A DNA stretch of 64,000 nt from the human T2T-CHM13v2.0 reference genome, Homo sapiens, in assembly GCF_009914755.1 (NCBI RefSeq), contig NC_060938.1, one strand, 5' to 3'. The position numbers and the translations under genes are program-made. Under the pieces are notes generated by a model. That model saw only the letters and a program-made list of their open reading frames with translations, had not been told where the DNA came from and did not search any database. Positions 1-20,069 of the stretch are shown here, one piece after another. The first letter of the stretch is position 1, and the number at the start of each line of letters is the position of its first letter.

Positions 1-810
1 TTTGATATGAAGTCGTGCTGTATAATACAACTCTACAGATTATTATATCAAGTCATTTATGAATTTTACTCCTTATGTTAAAAGCTGAATAAAAAGTAGC
101 TGTAGGATAAAAGGAACATTTCCTCTGTAAATCTTTTCCTTACATTATTCTCGTTAGCATGGAGGACATGGTTCGTGAATGTTCTATTTAAGATGAAAGC
201 ATGTTGGAAGTAAGTACTGGAAATACATTTAATTTTCAAAACCTGACTATTCTATATAGTCTGGGGTTGTGCCATGACATATATATTTTTTCAAAGTGTA
301 TGATGCCTGTGAGCCTTCAATATTTGCTTTAATACCTCTATATGAAGTCCACGTTAATGAGTGAGATAATTTTTCTGGTTTTGCGTCAGATTTGCACAAA
401 AACATTTTTTCTAGGATTGTACTTAACTACAAATCATGGGCAAAATAATTACAAACACGTATCATGGAATTATTTATTAGAGAACATTTAGTTATTTTTT
501 ATTCTACTTAATTCAAGACAGAATTTAAGCTCATTTTCTGTATTATATATGAAAAACATAGTTCATTAAAACATCATGAAAGCACTGAAAAAGAAAGCCT
601 CCTAGAATGAGTTGGTTACTATAGCCGAGTCCTGCATTTAACTTTGGCTTCCTTATAAGGTAATGAAAAAAGAAAAACTAGTTGATTTATATATTGTTCA
701 TCTGCAAAAAGGAAATCACTCAAGTTTGTCTGTCTGGGTAGATGTTTTAGTAGCAGAATGTGAGGAGAAATTTACTGAGTGGTTTTGTATTTGTTATCTA
801 TTGCTGTTTA

Positions 811-1292
<482 letters not shown>

Positions 1293-1530
1293 TTAACAAA
1301 GCATTTAAACTATACCCTCAGCTCACCCTCAGCTTCATAATATTTTCCTGGCTGTTCTCTGGGTTTGATCTTTGCCTAGAAAATTTCTTAATTTTATCAT
1401 TGTTCGCCATCAGGAGAGGCCGGGAGTTTTCATAATCAGCAAATTCTAATTATGTTTGTCCTTAATGTCTTTCTTTTTGCATTTTGCTCTTATAGCAAAA
1501 AGCAACATTTTGTCTGGAAGTCTTAGCTAG

Positions 1531-1867
<337 letters not shown>

Positions 1868-2439
1868 CATTTTTTGCTTTTCGTGCTAACTGCAATGATG
1901 CCAAATTTTCTGGTACTACATTAAAGGATTTAAGATTTTTCCTACTTTTCTTTAAGCCCTCACCCACCATTTCCTCAATGGCCAACTAACCTTCCTACAA
2001 TTTCTTTGAGGCTCTTCAAGCCTTCGTTCACTAAAACTGAAGTCCTTTCAGCATCCACCACTGTCTAGTTCCAAAGCGACTTTCCCAGTTTAGGTTTTTG
2101 TTATGGCAACTCCCTATTTCTGGGTACCAAAATCTGTATTATTTATCTATTGCTGCATAGCAAACTACCTGCAAAACTTAACGATGTAAAATAACAGACC
2201 CTTGTTACCTCAAGGTTTCTATACAACAGGAGTTTAAATGTGGCTTAGCTGAGTGGTTCTGGCCTAGGATATTTCATGAGGTAATAGTCAAGACATTGGC
2301 CAGGGCTGCAGTTATCTGAGAGCTTGAATAGCTTTGGAGGATCTGCTTTTAAGATGGCTCAGTCATACTGCTGTTAGTAGGAGACCTTGGTTTCTTGCCA
2401 TGTGGACCTCTTCGTAGGGTAGTTTGATAAGTATGTGGT

Positions 2440-2743
2440 GTTTTTTTTTTTGTTTTTTGTTTTTTCCCCCACCAGGCAGGGTCTCGCTTTGTCACTCAGG
2501 CTAGATTGTAGTGGTGCAATCACGACTCACTGCCACCTCTGTCTCTTGGGCTCAAGCAATCCTCCTGCCTCAGCCACTGGGACCACAGGCACGTGCCACC
2601 ACACCCAGCTAATTATTGTATTTTTTGTAGAGAGGGTTCTGTCATGTTGCCCAGGCTGGTCTCAAACTCCTGGGCTCAAGTGATCTGCCTCCTCGGCCTC
2701 CCAAAGTGCTGGAATTACAAGCGTGAGCCACCACTCCTGGCCT
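2440..2743 (-). mobile_element. AluJ
   Basis: Diverged reverse Alu dimer. Confidence 0.9.
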
Positions 2744-3437
2744 GGTATGGTCATAAAACATAAGCATCTGACTTCTCCCAGTGCAAGTGATGCAAGAGAG
2801 AAAGCAAAAATGAGGCCACAATTCCTTTTATGACCTAGACTCATAAGTCATACACCTTCATTTTCATTATATCCTTTTTTTAGAAGCAAGTCACTAAGTA
2901 TGGCCTGTACAGTTCTAGTTACAACATTTTGTATTGAATTGTATCTTACCAATTTTTATTTCATGTACACAAATACATATGGAAAACACATATATAACAA
3001 AGAATCTTTTAATATATTGTTTTGTAGCTTGCATTTTTATGCTTTAACTCTTTCAAGTAGAAAGAGAATAAGACACAAAGGGCAGAAAGACTGCAGTAGA
3101 TTTTAGAGATAAATTCTATTAATGGAACCAGTGACTAATGAAATTACTTTTTGTGTTTTTCTGGCCTCATTTCAGTTAATTTATAAAATTGAACTTCATT
3201 CAAATATGTGTTTATTAGCAAAAGATATTGTCTTATTTTCTTCACTGGCATTTTAATTTTTTTGTCTCTTGTTTAGATTTTTTGTTCAGAGTTCTCCAAG
3301 ACTATCTTTTTTTGAAAGTGAATAAATGTTGAGATTGCGTGAAATAATTCTTAATGTAGCCATCAATAAAATAGATTGTTATGATTGGGTAAACCTAAAT
3401 CTATTAACCATTCATTATTTTAAAAAATAAATTATAG

Positions 3438-3532
3438 ATGGACAATTATTAACAAGTAACGAAAGTGAAGATGACGAGATTTTCCGAAGAAAAGTTAAAA
3501 GAGCAAAAGGAAATGTTTTAAACTCTCCTGAG
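3438..3532 (+). CDS. FANCM: FANCM coding exon 15 (95 nt; GQLLTSNESEDDEIFRRKVKRAKGNVLNSPE)
   Basis: tag|...|gtgagt borders; translation recognised as FANCM; chains in frame with following exons. Confidence 0.96.
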
Positions 3533-3644
3533 GTGAGTCATTCAGTAATCACAATAGTATAATCATATCAAAGGCTATTTTCCTTTTATACCTTGGGCTT
3601 CTGCTGAGACTTTTGTTGCCTTTTACTTTATTTACTTACTTTAG

Positions 3645-3713
3645 GATCAGAAAAATAGTGAAGTTGATTCTCCACTTCATGCTGTCAAAAAGCGCAGATT
3701 TCCTATAAACAGA
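3645..3713 (+). CDS. FANCM: FANCM coding exon 16 (69 nt; DQKNSEVDSPLHAVKKRRFPINR)
   Basis: Pyrimidine tract + tag acceptor, gtaagt donor; 112-nt upstream intron; in frame. Confidence 0.96.
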
Positions 3714-4729
3714 GTAAGTAAATACCAGGTAATGTATAGTAATCCAAATTCCTTTGGAATAAAAATTTTGAGAGAAATATATGTGTAGATAAATATAGGT
3801 ATTTTTAATCCTTAGTAGAAAAGTTGATATTCTATTGTATGTGATTGGAATTTCTAGCTTCTGTTAGTTTTCAAAGATGTATTCACTGTAAACTTTCCTA
3901 AGCACAATAAATAAAAATATTAAGTAATTTTAGACTCTTTAAAAACCATCCTATTTTTGTCAGTACACTTGAGCAATTCGGCAAGCATTCATTAAATACC
4001 TCCTATGTGTCTACTGTGTAAGATGCTGGAGATACTCTCAAGAATATATCCTAAAACTGTCATAAGTTACTCAATAGGAGAGACAGAGAAGTAAACAGAT
4101 AATTTCAGTATAATTTTTAAAGTTGAGTGATAAGAAAAGTTAAGCCCTTAACCTCGATCTCGGGAGTTCTGGCAAGCTTCTTGAAGGTCATACCTTAGTT
4201 AAACCTTAAACTGTATTTGGCAGTGAGGCCAAAGAAGGGAGAAGAGAAGGCATTGTTTACAGAATAACAGCCTAAAGGAAGACCCAAAAGTGAGAAACGG
4301 CATCTCTATGTTATTAGATTGTAAAAACAAAAGAGTTTCAAGAAGTAAAATTGGAGAAAAATCAAGGTCAAGGGTTAGAATTGCTTATTCTTTTCATTTG
4401 ATTACTGAATGAGTTTGAAAGAAGGAAAGGAAGGAGTCCAGGATGACTCTGGTTTTTGGCTTGAGCTGTTTGGCAAGTGTGTCACAGATTTAGGCTAAAC
4501 AAGAAAGAGATGGTAAGTGTTGAACAGGTTTGAGTTTGAAGTTTCTGTGGGATAGTAAAGTCACAGCGTCTGGCAGGCATTGATGACTGTGAATCTCAAG
4601 TTTGATAGATGGACAGGTCTTAAGGTTAATGATACTCACCAGTTTATAGCTGATAGCTAAATTTTGAGACTAGCAAATCTTGTCTGTTTTAATTCTCGAA
4701 TACAGTCTAGGATAATTTGTGTAAAATTA

Positions 4730-5088
4730 CAGGTGCTTCTCAACTTACAATAGAGTTGGATCCTGATACGCACATCATAAATGGAAAACATTGTATGTTG
4801 AAAATGCATTTAATACACCTAATCTACTGAATATCACAGCTTAGCCTAGCCTACCTTAAACGTGTTCAAAACACTTATATTTGGTCAAAATCATCTAACA
4901 CAAAGCTTATTTTATAATAAAATGTTGAATATCTCATGTAATTTATTAATAATACTGTACTGAAAGTGAAGAACAGAATGTTTGTATGGGCACTTGAAAT
5001 TTGGTTTCTACTGCATGCATATCACTTTTGCACTATGGAGAGGTCGAAAAATCATTAAGTTGAACCATCGTAAGTTGGGGACCATATG
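4730..5088. mobile_element. MER47A-like (Tigger family) non-autonomous DNA transposon
   Basis: About 360 bp, degenerate terminal inverted repeats, TA on both flanks. Confidence 0.75.
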
Positions 5089-5781
5089 TAATTAAAAATA
5101 CAGCCAGTCCGTATTAACATTGTGTACTCATATAAGACTTCATTAGAAAAACAACTTGCTACCTTAACTAGAACATCTGATTGACTTATCAGAAATGATT
5201 TAAAATATTGATAATGCTGATGATCAATTTGTTTTAAACTAAATTTATTCCTGTTAATTGAAATGATTTTGATAAACTTTTGATTCTTTTGACTGGTTTT
5301 GTGTTATCCTATAAGAGATATGGTGATAGGCCTCATAGTCAAAACTTGTTATTGTTTTATTTGTTTCTTAGTTTCAAATGATTCCTATATTTGGACTGAT
5401 TTTGATGGCCAAATTTATAGGCTTGTTCTTTGTGAAGCCCTTGAAGATCTTCTGAAGGAAATACTGTTAAACTAAAAGTATCAGTTTTCTAAGTCACCAT
5501 AGTGTTTGCAGAAAAAATAAAAATAAAAACTAAAAGTATGTTTTCATCAAACATATTCGATGTAATACTATATTGGATGAATACCTATACTAGTATTACT
5601 TATAACCTAATTTAGTATTTTAGCATTTAATATTACCTAAGTTATTTACTTTTACATTCTTAAGTATTTATAACATTAATATTATGTATTTATAACATGG
5701 CTCTGAGTTGTAAGAGCAATTTTACTTGTCTAGGAAGAAAATATTTTTTTCTTATGCAAGAATTTTGTCGAATTATTATAG

Positions 5782-5910
5782 TCAGAATTATCATCTAGTG
5801 ATGAGAGTGAGAATTTTCCCAAACCATGTTCACAATTAGAAGACTTCAAGGTTTGTAACGGGAATGCCAGAAGAGGCATCAAAGTCCCAAAGAGACAGAG
5901 TCACTTAAAG
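5782..5910 (+). CDS. FANCM: FANCM coding exon 17 (129 nt; SELSSSDESENFPKPCSQ...RQSHLK)
   Basis: tag acceptor, AAG|gtaatc donor, open frame. Confidence 0.95.
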
Positions 5911-6387
5911 GTAATCTTTTTTTTAGTTTCTTTAAATATGTATGCATTTTATCAGTAAAGATAATTGGTTTTACATCAATGTAGATTTCTCTATACATTC
6001 TCTTTATAGAAAAAAATTAAGTATTTTGACACCCATTTAGATTTTTTTTACTGGAATTAAATTCAAAGTAGTTTTTTTTTGTTTATCTTTGTGTTTTGAT
6101 GCTTTATCTTGCAGTGTTGTGTTACTTTGAATGAATACCAAAAAACTCAAGTGTATTGAGAATTTATGTTTCAAATTGAAGAAAATATAGAATTAGAAAT
6201 TTGAGTTTTAAGATGTTTGCTTTTATGATCATTATATTGTTTTTCTTATTTGTATCCAATTTTCAAATACTTGGAAAATGTTCTCAGTACCTTTCCTTTC
6301 TGATTAAGTTCTTTTGTGGTGCAGTAATTTTCTTGAAAGAGCTGGAAAGACTCAGGAAATTTTATGCTTATTAAGAAACATCAAGCA

Positions 6388-6688
6388 GGCTGGGCGCGGT
6401 GGCTCACGCCTGTAATCCCAGCACTTTGGGAGGCTGAGCCAGGTGGATCACCTGAGATCAGGAGTTTGAGACCAGCCTGGCCAACATGGTGAAACCCTGT
6501 CTCTACTAAAAATACAAAAATTAGCTGGGCGTGATGGCACATGCCTGTAATCCCAGCTACTCGGGAGGCTGAGGCAGGAAAATCTCTTGAACCAGGAAGC
6601 GGAGGTTGCAGTGAGCCAAGATTGCGCCACTGCACTCCCGCCTGGGCAACAAAGTGAGACTCTGTCTCAAAAAAAAAAAAAAAAAAAG
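6388..6688 (+). mobile_element. AluS
   Basis: Full dimer, poly-A, ATCAAGCA target duplication. Confidence 0.95.
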
Positions 6689-6780
6689 ATCAAGCAAATA
6701 TACCAACTTTTACTTTATTTTATGACAGAATTATCAGAATTTTTAAATAGATAGGTAACTTTATCATTTCTTCTTGGGAT

Positions 6781-7090
<310 letters not shown>

Positions 7091-7224
7091 AGAAATTTTG
7101 TTTTTATTATTTTATTAATCTTAAAAGCATTGATAAGAAATCAGTTTTCCAGAATTATTTCCAATCATGAAAGAAAATTATTTTCTCACTGATATCTTCA
7201 TGTTTTCTAATTTGTCTTACTTAG

Positions 7225-7381
7225 CATGTAGCTAGGAAGTTTTTAGATGATGAAGCAGAACTTTCTGAAGAAGATGCAGAATATGTTTCATCAGATGAAA
7301 ATGATGAGTCAGAAAATGAACAAGATTCCTCATTACTTGACTTTTTAAATGATGAAACTCAACTTTCACAGGCTATAAATG
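7225..7381 (+). CDS. FANCM: FANCM coding exon 18 (157 nt; HVARKFLDDEAELSEED..., acidic MM3 region)
   Basis: ttag acceptor, gtaaat donor; conserved FLDDEAELS motif. Confidence 0.97.
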
Positions 7382-7891
7382 GTAAATGTTATAATGATCC
7401 TTAAAATTTTTTTCAATGTTTTTATGTGCTTATATTTAAATATTTTAATCAGTTTTTAATGAAACTAGACCTTAAAGGTAATTAAATGTGGTACGTGCAA
7501 AATATTTATTTGGTCATTTTCATTCAAATTCTTTAATACTTGCTTTATTTTAGACTGATTGTTCATAGGCTTCTGCTAATTTGAATATTTCTCTTCAGAT
7601 TGACCTGGGTTGCTCAAGTGTGAAATGTTCATTTCACAAGTGTTTATTGCCCGCTACATGCCTAGTACTATGTAAGGCATTTAAGAACCATATATGAATG
7701 AACAAAATAGACAAAAAATTTCTTCTTATGAAGCCTACATTCAAATGGAAAGAGACAGACAATATATATACTAACTAAATTATTTAGTTTATTGTAAGAT
7801 AAAGAGTTACAGAAAAATAAAAAAGTTGGCCAAGATGAGAAAAATTTGGAGTAACTGGGGTTGAGGGTATAAATAACAGACAAGTTGCCAT

Positions 7892-8203
7892 TTTATTGTA
7901 TTATTTTTTAGTTTTATTTTTTTAGAGACAGAGTCTTACTCTGTTGCCCAGAGTAGGGTGCAGTGGCGCAGTCATAGTTCACTGCAGCCTTGAACTCCTA
8001 GGCTCGGGAGATTCTCCTGCTTTAGCCTCCTATAGGACTACAGGCATGTGCCACCATGACCAGTTAATTTTTTTGGCCTTTTGTAGAGATGTAATCTCAC
8101 TATGTTGCCCAGGTTGGTCTCCAACTCCAGGCCTCAAGCAATCCTCTCACCTTGGCCTCTCAAAGTACTGGGTCTATAGCTGTGAGCCACTGCACTCTGC
8201 CTA
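7892..8203 (-). mobile_element. AluJ inserted in L2 fragments (about 7625-9200)
   Basis: Diverged reverse Alu; flanks are purine-rich L2-like. Confidence 0.85.
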
Positions 8204-9788
8204 GCTGTTATTTTAAATAAGGCAGTTAGGAAGAGGCCTCATTGAGAAGGTGACATCATCAGAGACTAGAAGAAGAGAGATTTAGTGATGTAGATTGTTA
8301 AGACCAACTGCAATACAAAGCTAAATTTATTAAATTTGCCATGTAAGGGCAGTTTACTTTCAGAAAACAGTGTGTTCATCCAATGCTTGAACGGATCTTA
8401 CATACAATATATTTAGAGGAGATGGTTCAGATTGGCTGTAACAGAAGTGAGAAATATTCTGACTATATCTCTTCAGTATTCTAATCTTTCACAGATCTCA
8501 TCATTTATTCTGCTTTTGCAGTCTCTGATATTATTTAAAGTGACAAAGTTTCTCAAAGTTCGTGACTTTTAAGAAAAAAGTGTTTAAAAGGCAATGTTCT
8601 CAGTACTGTCCTTAATGCTGATATAATTTGTATAATTTGCAGGATAAGGTTTTATGTCCTTGATGTTCATTAACAGAAGTGTTTTGCAGGTTTACAATAT
8701 AATCCAGTGGAAGAATGTTGATGCAAAGACAACAGCCAGTGCAAAGGCCCCGAGTCAGTAGTGTGCCTGGCCTGTTGAAGGAATAGTGTTGTGACTGGAA
8801 TGAGGGAAAAGGGAAGGTAGTAGGAAGATCAGAGAACTAGCAGCCAGATCATAATCTGACATAATTTAGTAGAATCTCTCCAGCTTCTGTGTTGAGAATG
8901 GCCTATAGGGGAACAGAGGTAGACTGAGACCAGTTAGGAGACTGTTGAGGTCCTCCAATCAAGGAATGCTAGTGGCTTCTACCAAGATAGTAGCACTGAG
9001 GAGAGTGAGAAAGATTGGATTCTGGATACATAAAGCTGACAGGATTTTCCAATGGATTAGAAAAAAAGGAGGAGTCAGTAGGCTTGAGCAACAAGAAGGA
9101 CATATTTGCTGTTATGTTATTGGGAAGGCTGCAGATGAAGCAATTTAGATGGTGATTATAGAGGTTTGAAATTCCATTTTAGACACAGTATGTTTGAACT
9201 ATGTACAATTTCAAAGCTTTTTTTTTTTTTAAAGTACCTCGAAATTCACATTATCTTTTGTTTTTATGTATCATGTCTCAAGTACCTTTCATTATATTAT
9301 AACTTTTAAAAATGCTAGCCATAAAAAAAAACCAATGTGTTTCCCAGGTTTTGCTTAACTGAAAATTATGAAATATACTTTTTATTGGCTGTGGGTTTTA
9401 ATGTTTTTAGTGCATATTTGCTTTTCTGGCTAGATTTCTTATTTTTTTTGAAACTTCTATAAATCTGGTACAGTTTTAAGGTCTTTGTATACCTTTGTTT
9501 TGAAAGAAAAGTCACCATTTTAATCCTCATTTTCAGAGAGATAGATAAAGCAGGGAACTTAAGTTGTCCATGATCACTCAACTAGAAAATCTGATTTCAA
9601 AGGCTAAACTCCTAACTTTATATTTTTGAATAATTGTTTATAGATATCTTTTAATATTTATTGTCTTTGTGTAAAATATTTGCACAAGGTTTGAATCAAG
9701 TAAATTTGAAATAGATTGAAGTTAAATACTTTACTGGTTTTCATTTAAATAATTTTGCTAATTTATCTAAATTCTTATCTTTACACAG

Positions 9789-9895
9789 ATTCTGAAATGA
9801 GAGCTATTTACATGAAATCTTTGCGTAGTCCAATGATGAACAATAAGTACAAAATGATTCATAAGACACATAAAAACATAAACATTTTCTCGCAG
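9789..9895 (+). CDS. FANCM: FANCM coding exon 19 (107 nt; SEMRAIYMKSLRSP...NIFSQ)
   Basis: cag acceptor, CAG|gtatga donor; phase matches neighbours. Confidence 0.96.
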
Positions 9896-10027
9896 GTATG
9901 AACTATAGAAATATAATGGAGAATTTCTGGATGATGATGTTGAAATATGTTCCTGTTAGTGAAGCCTCCATTTTGTTTCTAAAACTGGGCTGTCAGAGCT
10001 ATTTGAGATCATTTCTGCCCAAAGTCA

Positions 10028-10360
<333 letters not shown>

Positions 10361-10809
10361 GATTCCTTTTTTGTCCTTGGTTGATCAAAATTCATTTTTT
10401 TTCATAAAAATGTTAAATGCTGAAAATTATAGGTTATGTCACTTATGGATAACATTTTCATATTAGTTGTGTTTGTTTATAAATTGCCATGTTCAGCTTG
10501 GTAATGTGTACTCTCTGTACTTCCATTGTGCTTATTATATAGCATTTATCATCTATTATTATTGTTTACTTTCTACCTACCTGTTATTAGCCCTTAAATT
10601 TCTAGACGGTAAATCATTCTTTTCCTTTGTCCTCAAACTCATTTTCCTCCATAAAGAATGTACTTAGTTTATGTTAGTTGAGTAAGTGGCTGAATTAATA
10701 AAGTAAATTAAACAAATATTAATGCAGATTTCATGTGCCTAGAAGTATATTTTAAATACCTGTTAATTGTCTGAAATAAATATAAAACATTCTTGTGTTT
10801 TTATTGTAG

Positions 10810-11370
10810 ATTCCTGAACAAGATGAAACCTATTTAGAGGATAGTTTTTGTGTTGATGAAGAGGAGTCTTGCAAAGGCCAATCAAGTGAAGAAGAAGTTT
10901 GTGTTGATTTTAACTTAATAACTGATGATTGCTTTGCAAATAGTAAAAAGTATAAAACTCGACGTGCAGTAATGCTAAAAGAAATGATGGAACAAAATTG
11001 TGCACATTCAAAAAAGAAATTATCCAGAATTATTTTACCAGATGATTCAAGTGAGGAGGAGAACAATGTAAATGATAAAAGAGAATCTAATATTGCGGTT
11101 AACCCAAGCACTGTTAAGAAGAACAAACAACAGGACCATTGTTTAAATTCAGTGCCTTCTGGATCTTCTGCGCAGTCCAAGGTGCGTTCTACTCCAAGAG
11201 TTAATCCATTAGCAAAGCAGAGCAAACAGACATCGCTGAATTTAAAGGATACAATTTCCGAAGTCTCAGACTTCAAACCTCAGAATCATAATGAAGTCCA
11301 GTCTACCACACCACCCTTCACTACTGTTGATTCACAGAAAGACTGTAGAAAATTTCCAGTTCCACAGAAG
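10810..11370 (+). CDS. FANCM: FANCM coding exon 20 (561 nt; IPEQDETYLEDSFCVDEEE...FPVPQK)
   Basis: tag acceptor, AAG|gtatgg donor; overlaps ORF 10972-11454. Confidence 0.97.
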
Positions 11371-11687
11371 GTATGGATCAAAGAAAGGAAAAATATCTTT
11401 AGATGGTTACCAGAAGTTTTTCTTTTTCTTTCTTGTGTGTGTGTTTTGTATTAAATAACTAGGTCAAAGAAAAATTAACAAAAAAATTTTGCAGAAAATG
11501 TCTTCAAACAAGAAAACAATACACAAAATTATATGGGCAATTCACAGGGTGCTTAGGTTTTAATTTTTTAAATATGTTAATGTTTTGTTAACACTATGTA
11601 AGGAAACTTGATAATTTTATTAAAAGGTTGTGGGAAAATAGGGCTTTCTGCAAGGCAAAATTAACTGAAATTATGTGTTCAGAGTTA

Positions 11688-11995
<308 letters not shown>

Positions 11996-12334
11996 CTAGA
12001 ACTAGTTCCCAGGTTAACTTTTCTCCTTCTCAGAAGGCTTTGGGTATGTAAGTCCTTTTTATTGGGTAAAGGAATTTGGGAGTACCAACTGGTTTCCTTC
12101 TTAAAGTTTTCTTCCATTTCCTTCCAGAATGGCTGCTAAGTAGTCCAGTTTTACTTTCTCCTATTGTGCTATTTCTAGAAGAATCACTGTAAAACTGTTT
12201 CTCGTTTTTAAGGGTTTATAGTTACAGTAATTTTGCTAAATAGGGGTTAAAGAAATAATAATAGGAACTATATATATTGATTCATTATTTGGTTAACTAG
12301 GAGTGAGACTGAAAATAGACTTACTAAAAAATAC

Positions 12335-15970
<3,636 letters not shown>

Positions 15971-16017
15971 TTTTGTTCATGGTCCAAAATTAAAATCTGC
16001 AAAAGAATTTATATTCA

Positions 16018-16459
<442 letters not shown>

Positions 16460-16820
16460 TTATATTTTTAATCTTCCTTAGATAAGTAGTAAAATACAAT
16501 ACATACTTTATCCCATCTTGATTTTTTTACTTAAAACTGTATCCTCAGGTTCACTTAATAGTAATATACAGATATATATTCCTCATTACTTTGTGCAGCT
16601 GCATACACCATTGTATGATTATGTAATAATTTGTTCAACATTTCCATATTGATGCGTATGTAGGTTGTTTCTAATCTTTCATTCTTATAATAAATAGCCA
16701 TGTTTGTATCCTCTTAAATGTTGCCGGTGTAACTTTGGGATTAATTTCTTGGAGTTGCTGTAAAAAGTAAATGCATATGTAATGTTGCCAGATATTGCTA
16801 ACTTCTCTATAGGTTGTGCC

Positions 16821-17049
16821 TTTTTTTTTTTTTTTTTGAGGCAGAGCCTCGCTCCGTAGCCCAGGCTGGAGTGCAGTGGCGTGATCTCGGCTCACTGCAA
16901 CTCCGCCTCCCACACCCAGATAATTGTTGTATTTTTAGTAGAGACAGGGTTTCACCACGTTGGCCAGGCTGGTCTCGAACTCCTGACCTCAAGTGATCCA
17001 CTCGCCTCAGCCACCCAAAGTGCTGGGATTACAGGTGTGAGCCACCGCT
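16821..17049 (-). mobile_element. AluS with internal deletion in right arm
   Basis: ctccgcctcc joined directly to cacacccag. Confidence 0.9.
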
Positions 17050-18179
17050 GTATCATATTTTTATTACTACCAGCACTGTAAAAGAATTTCTGATTTCTCC
17101 AGAACCTCATTAACAGAGAATATTGTAAACCTAGTGAGAGATGGCTTGTCATAGTTTCAAATTTGTGTTTTTCTTTCCATAGCAAAGTTGAAAGCATCTT
17201 TTTTCTTTCAGTTTCATACATTCATATAGCTCATAAGAGCCATTTGCATTTCTTTTTGGAGAGGACATTTTATTACTTGCTTAAGGTTTTTGTGGATCAC
17301 ACAGGTATTGTGTATTCTGGCTACAAGCCTACATGAGGGCTGGAGGGCCAGTATGTAGATACCAATTCGAGATCTTACCTCTCTACCAGATATTAAGATT
17401 GAGAACTACTTTTTCCTTTCTGTTTTTATGGAGTAGATTTATTTTTTATTTGCGCTTATAATAAACGTTTAACTGTTTTTGGGGACAGAGGTTCGGACAT
17501 CTAGCACTAATGTTTCCCATGCCCTCTGCCTCTGCAAAAAGAGGAGCTCATGGTCCACAGGATTTGGCAGATTACTTTGGAAAGGAAAGCTGGGTATGTT
17601 CTGACTTAAGTAACTTCCAAAATTCTCACTTCCATGTTGTTTTTGACCTCGGTGCATTCCTTACTTTCTGGTCAGACCAGTTATGTATTTCTAAATATTT
17701 TTTTACAAACATGTTAGTTTTTTAAAACTGAACAGGTTTAGTTGTTTTCAACTGGAGATACTTTCTGGTTATCTGATCTTCCTATTATTTTTCAAAAATA
17801 TCTTGTCTGGTTTCCTTATTCTTCATGATGAACTCTAATCTGCTCAAAGGTTATTTCACCTTCCATTCGTTTGTTTTTTTTCTCTAGGCTAAAAATTATA
17901 ATTTTCTTTTTTAACACATTTCCTTTCCTGTTCATTTTTAGACTTTCTGCTATTTCTTTACATCCTTTTGTTCTTAGCTTTTGTTGTTAATTATAGCTTT
18001 AGAATTTTTTGAGGTGTAAGAGTAGTGACTTATGTGTTCCTTCATTTATTGTCACTTTGGTCAAATTGAAGGACGAAAACTGGACATTCTCATTAAGGAT
18101 AATCAACTTCGGGTGTGAGACGTTTATGGCATTTTTATGCATTTAACCTGAATGTGACCAGTGTTTTCCACTTTTTCAG

Positions 18180-18555
18180 GATGGTAGTGCTTTGGAGGAT
18201 TCTAGCACTTCAGGGGCATCCTGTTCCAAGTCAAGACCACATTTAGCTGGGACACATACTTCTCTTAGACTTCCGCAGGAAGGAAAAGGAACCTGTATTC
18301 TTGTAGGTGGTCATGAAATCACTTCTGGATTAGAAGTAATTTCTTCCCTAAGAGCAATTCATGGGTTGCAAGTAGAAGTTTGTCCTCTTAATGGCTGTGA
18401 TTACATCGTGAGTAATCGCATGGTGGTGGAAAGGAGGTCTCAATCTGAGATGTTAAATAGTGTCAATAAGAACAAGTTCATTGAGCAGATCCAGCACCTG
18501 CAGAGTATGTTTGAAAGAATATGTGTGATTGTGGAAAAGGACAGAGAAAAAACAG
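18180..18555 (+). CDS. FANCM: FANCM coding exon 21 (376 nt; first part of ERCC4-like pseudo-nuclease domain)
   Basis: tttttcag acceptor, CAG|gtttgt donor; ORF 18192-18569 carries GCDYIVSNRMVVERRSQSE. Confidence 0.97.
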
Positions 18556-19356
18556 GTTTGTATTTTTAAATATCTTTGTTTATAAGACTGTAAAGGAACT
18601 TTACGGTTAACTTAGTTTATTCTTCTATTATTAGGATGTGGGAAACTCTTAAAATATAAACACCTGACTGGTGAATGTCATTTCATATTTTCATACAGCC
18701 ATAATGGCTTTCATTAGTCATTGTATTTAAATGCAGCTTATGAGAAATGAAGGGTTGGAAACTGAAGGCAAGTCTGCCAAACATAAGACTTTTTCAGGAA
18801 CCCAGGAAGGATGAGGGCCTTAACTAAGGCAGCAATGGGGAGGAGAAGTAGTATTCGGGAGATGTTTAAGGAGTCAGGATTAGCAAGAGTTGGTGGGAGG
18901 AGTTGAGAATTACTGAGTTGACCAACTTCTTGGTTATTGGGCAGTTAAGTAGTGGTACTGTTTATTGCAATTATGAATATAAGGGAAGCAACAGATATAA
19001 GGGACAAGGGAAGTTCAATTTTGAACACGTTAAGATCGAGTTCTCAATGGGTCACTGAAGTGGGTACCTAGGATGCATTTGGAAGTGCAGGATTGGAGCT
19101 TCAGGTAGAAGATTTCTGCAGTAATTATTTAATTGTATGGCGAGCCCTCAAGAACAGTAAAAAGATCATGAGATATGGAATCAGAAGACACACCAATTAC
19201 TGGCTTCTCTGTGTGATATTGCATTGACAAATCACTCCCTCTGAGGAACTGATAATACACTTGTTCTACTCATCTTGTGATATTATGAGAACTAAGTAAA
19301 AGCATGTAGGTGAAAGCCACTGCGGAAGAATTGAAGAATTATACTTTTGGTAATAG

Positions 19357-20069
<713 letters not shown>

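Noticed and set aside
158-209. Possible 52-nt cryptic FANCM exon (gttag|...GAA|gtaagt)
   Set aside because: Upstream context outside window and no further support; such site pairs are common.
5460-5700. Short direct and inverted repeats in AT-rich FANCM intron 16
   Set aside because: Matches of 9-14 bp in very AT-rich DNA are plausible by chance.
10830-11276. 148-aa minus-strand ORF
   Set aside because: Antisense shadow of FANCM exon 20; no independent evidence.
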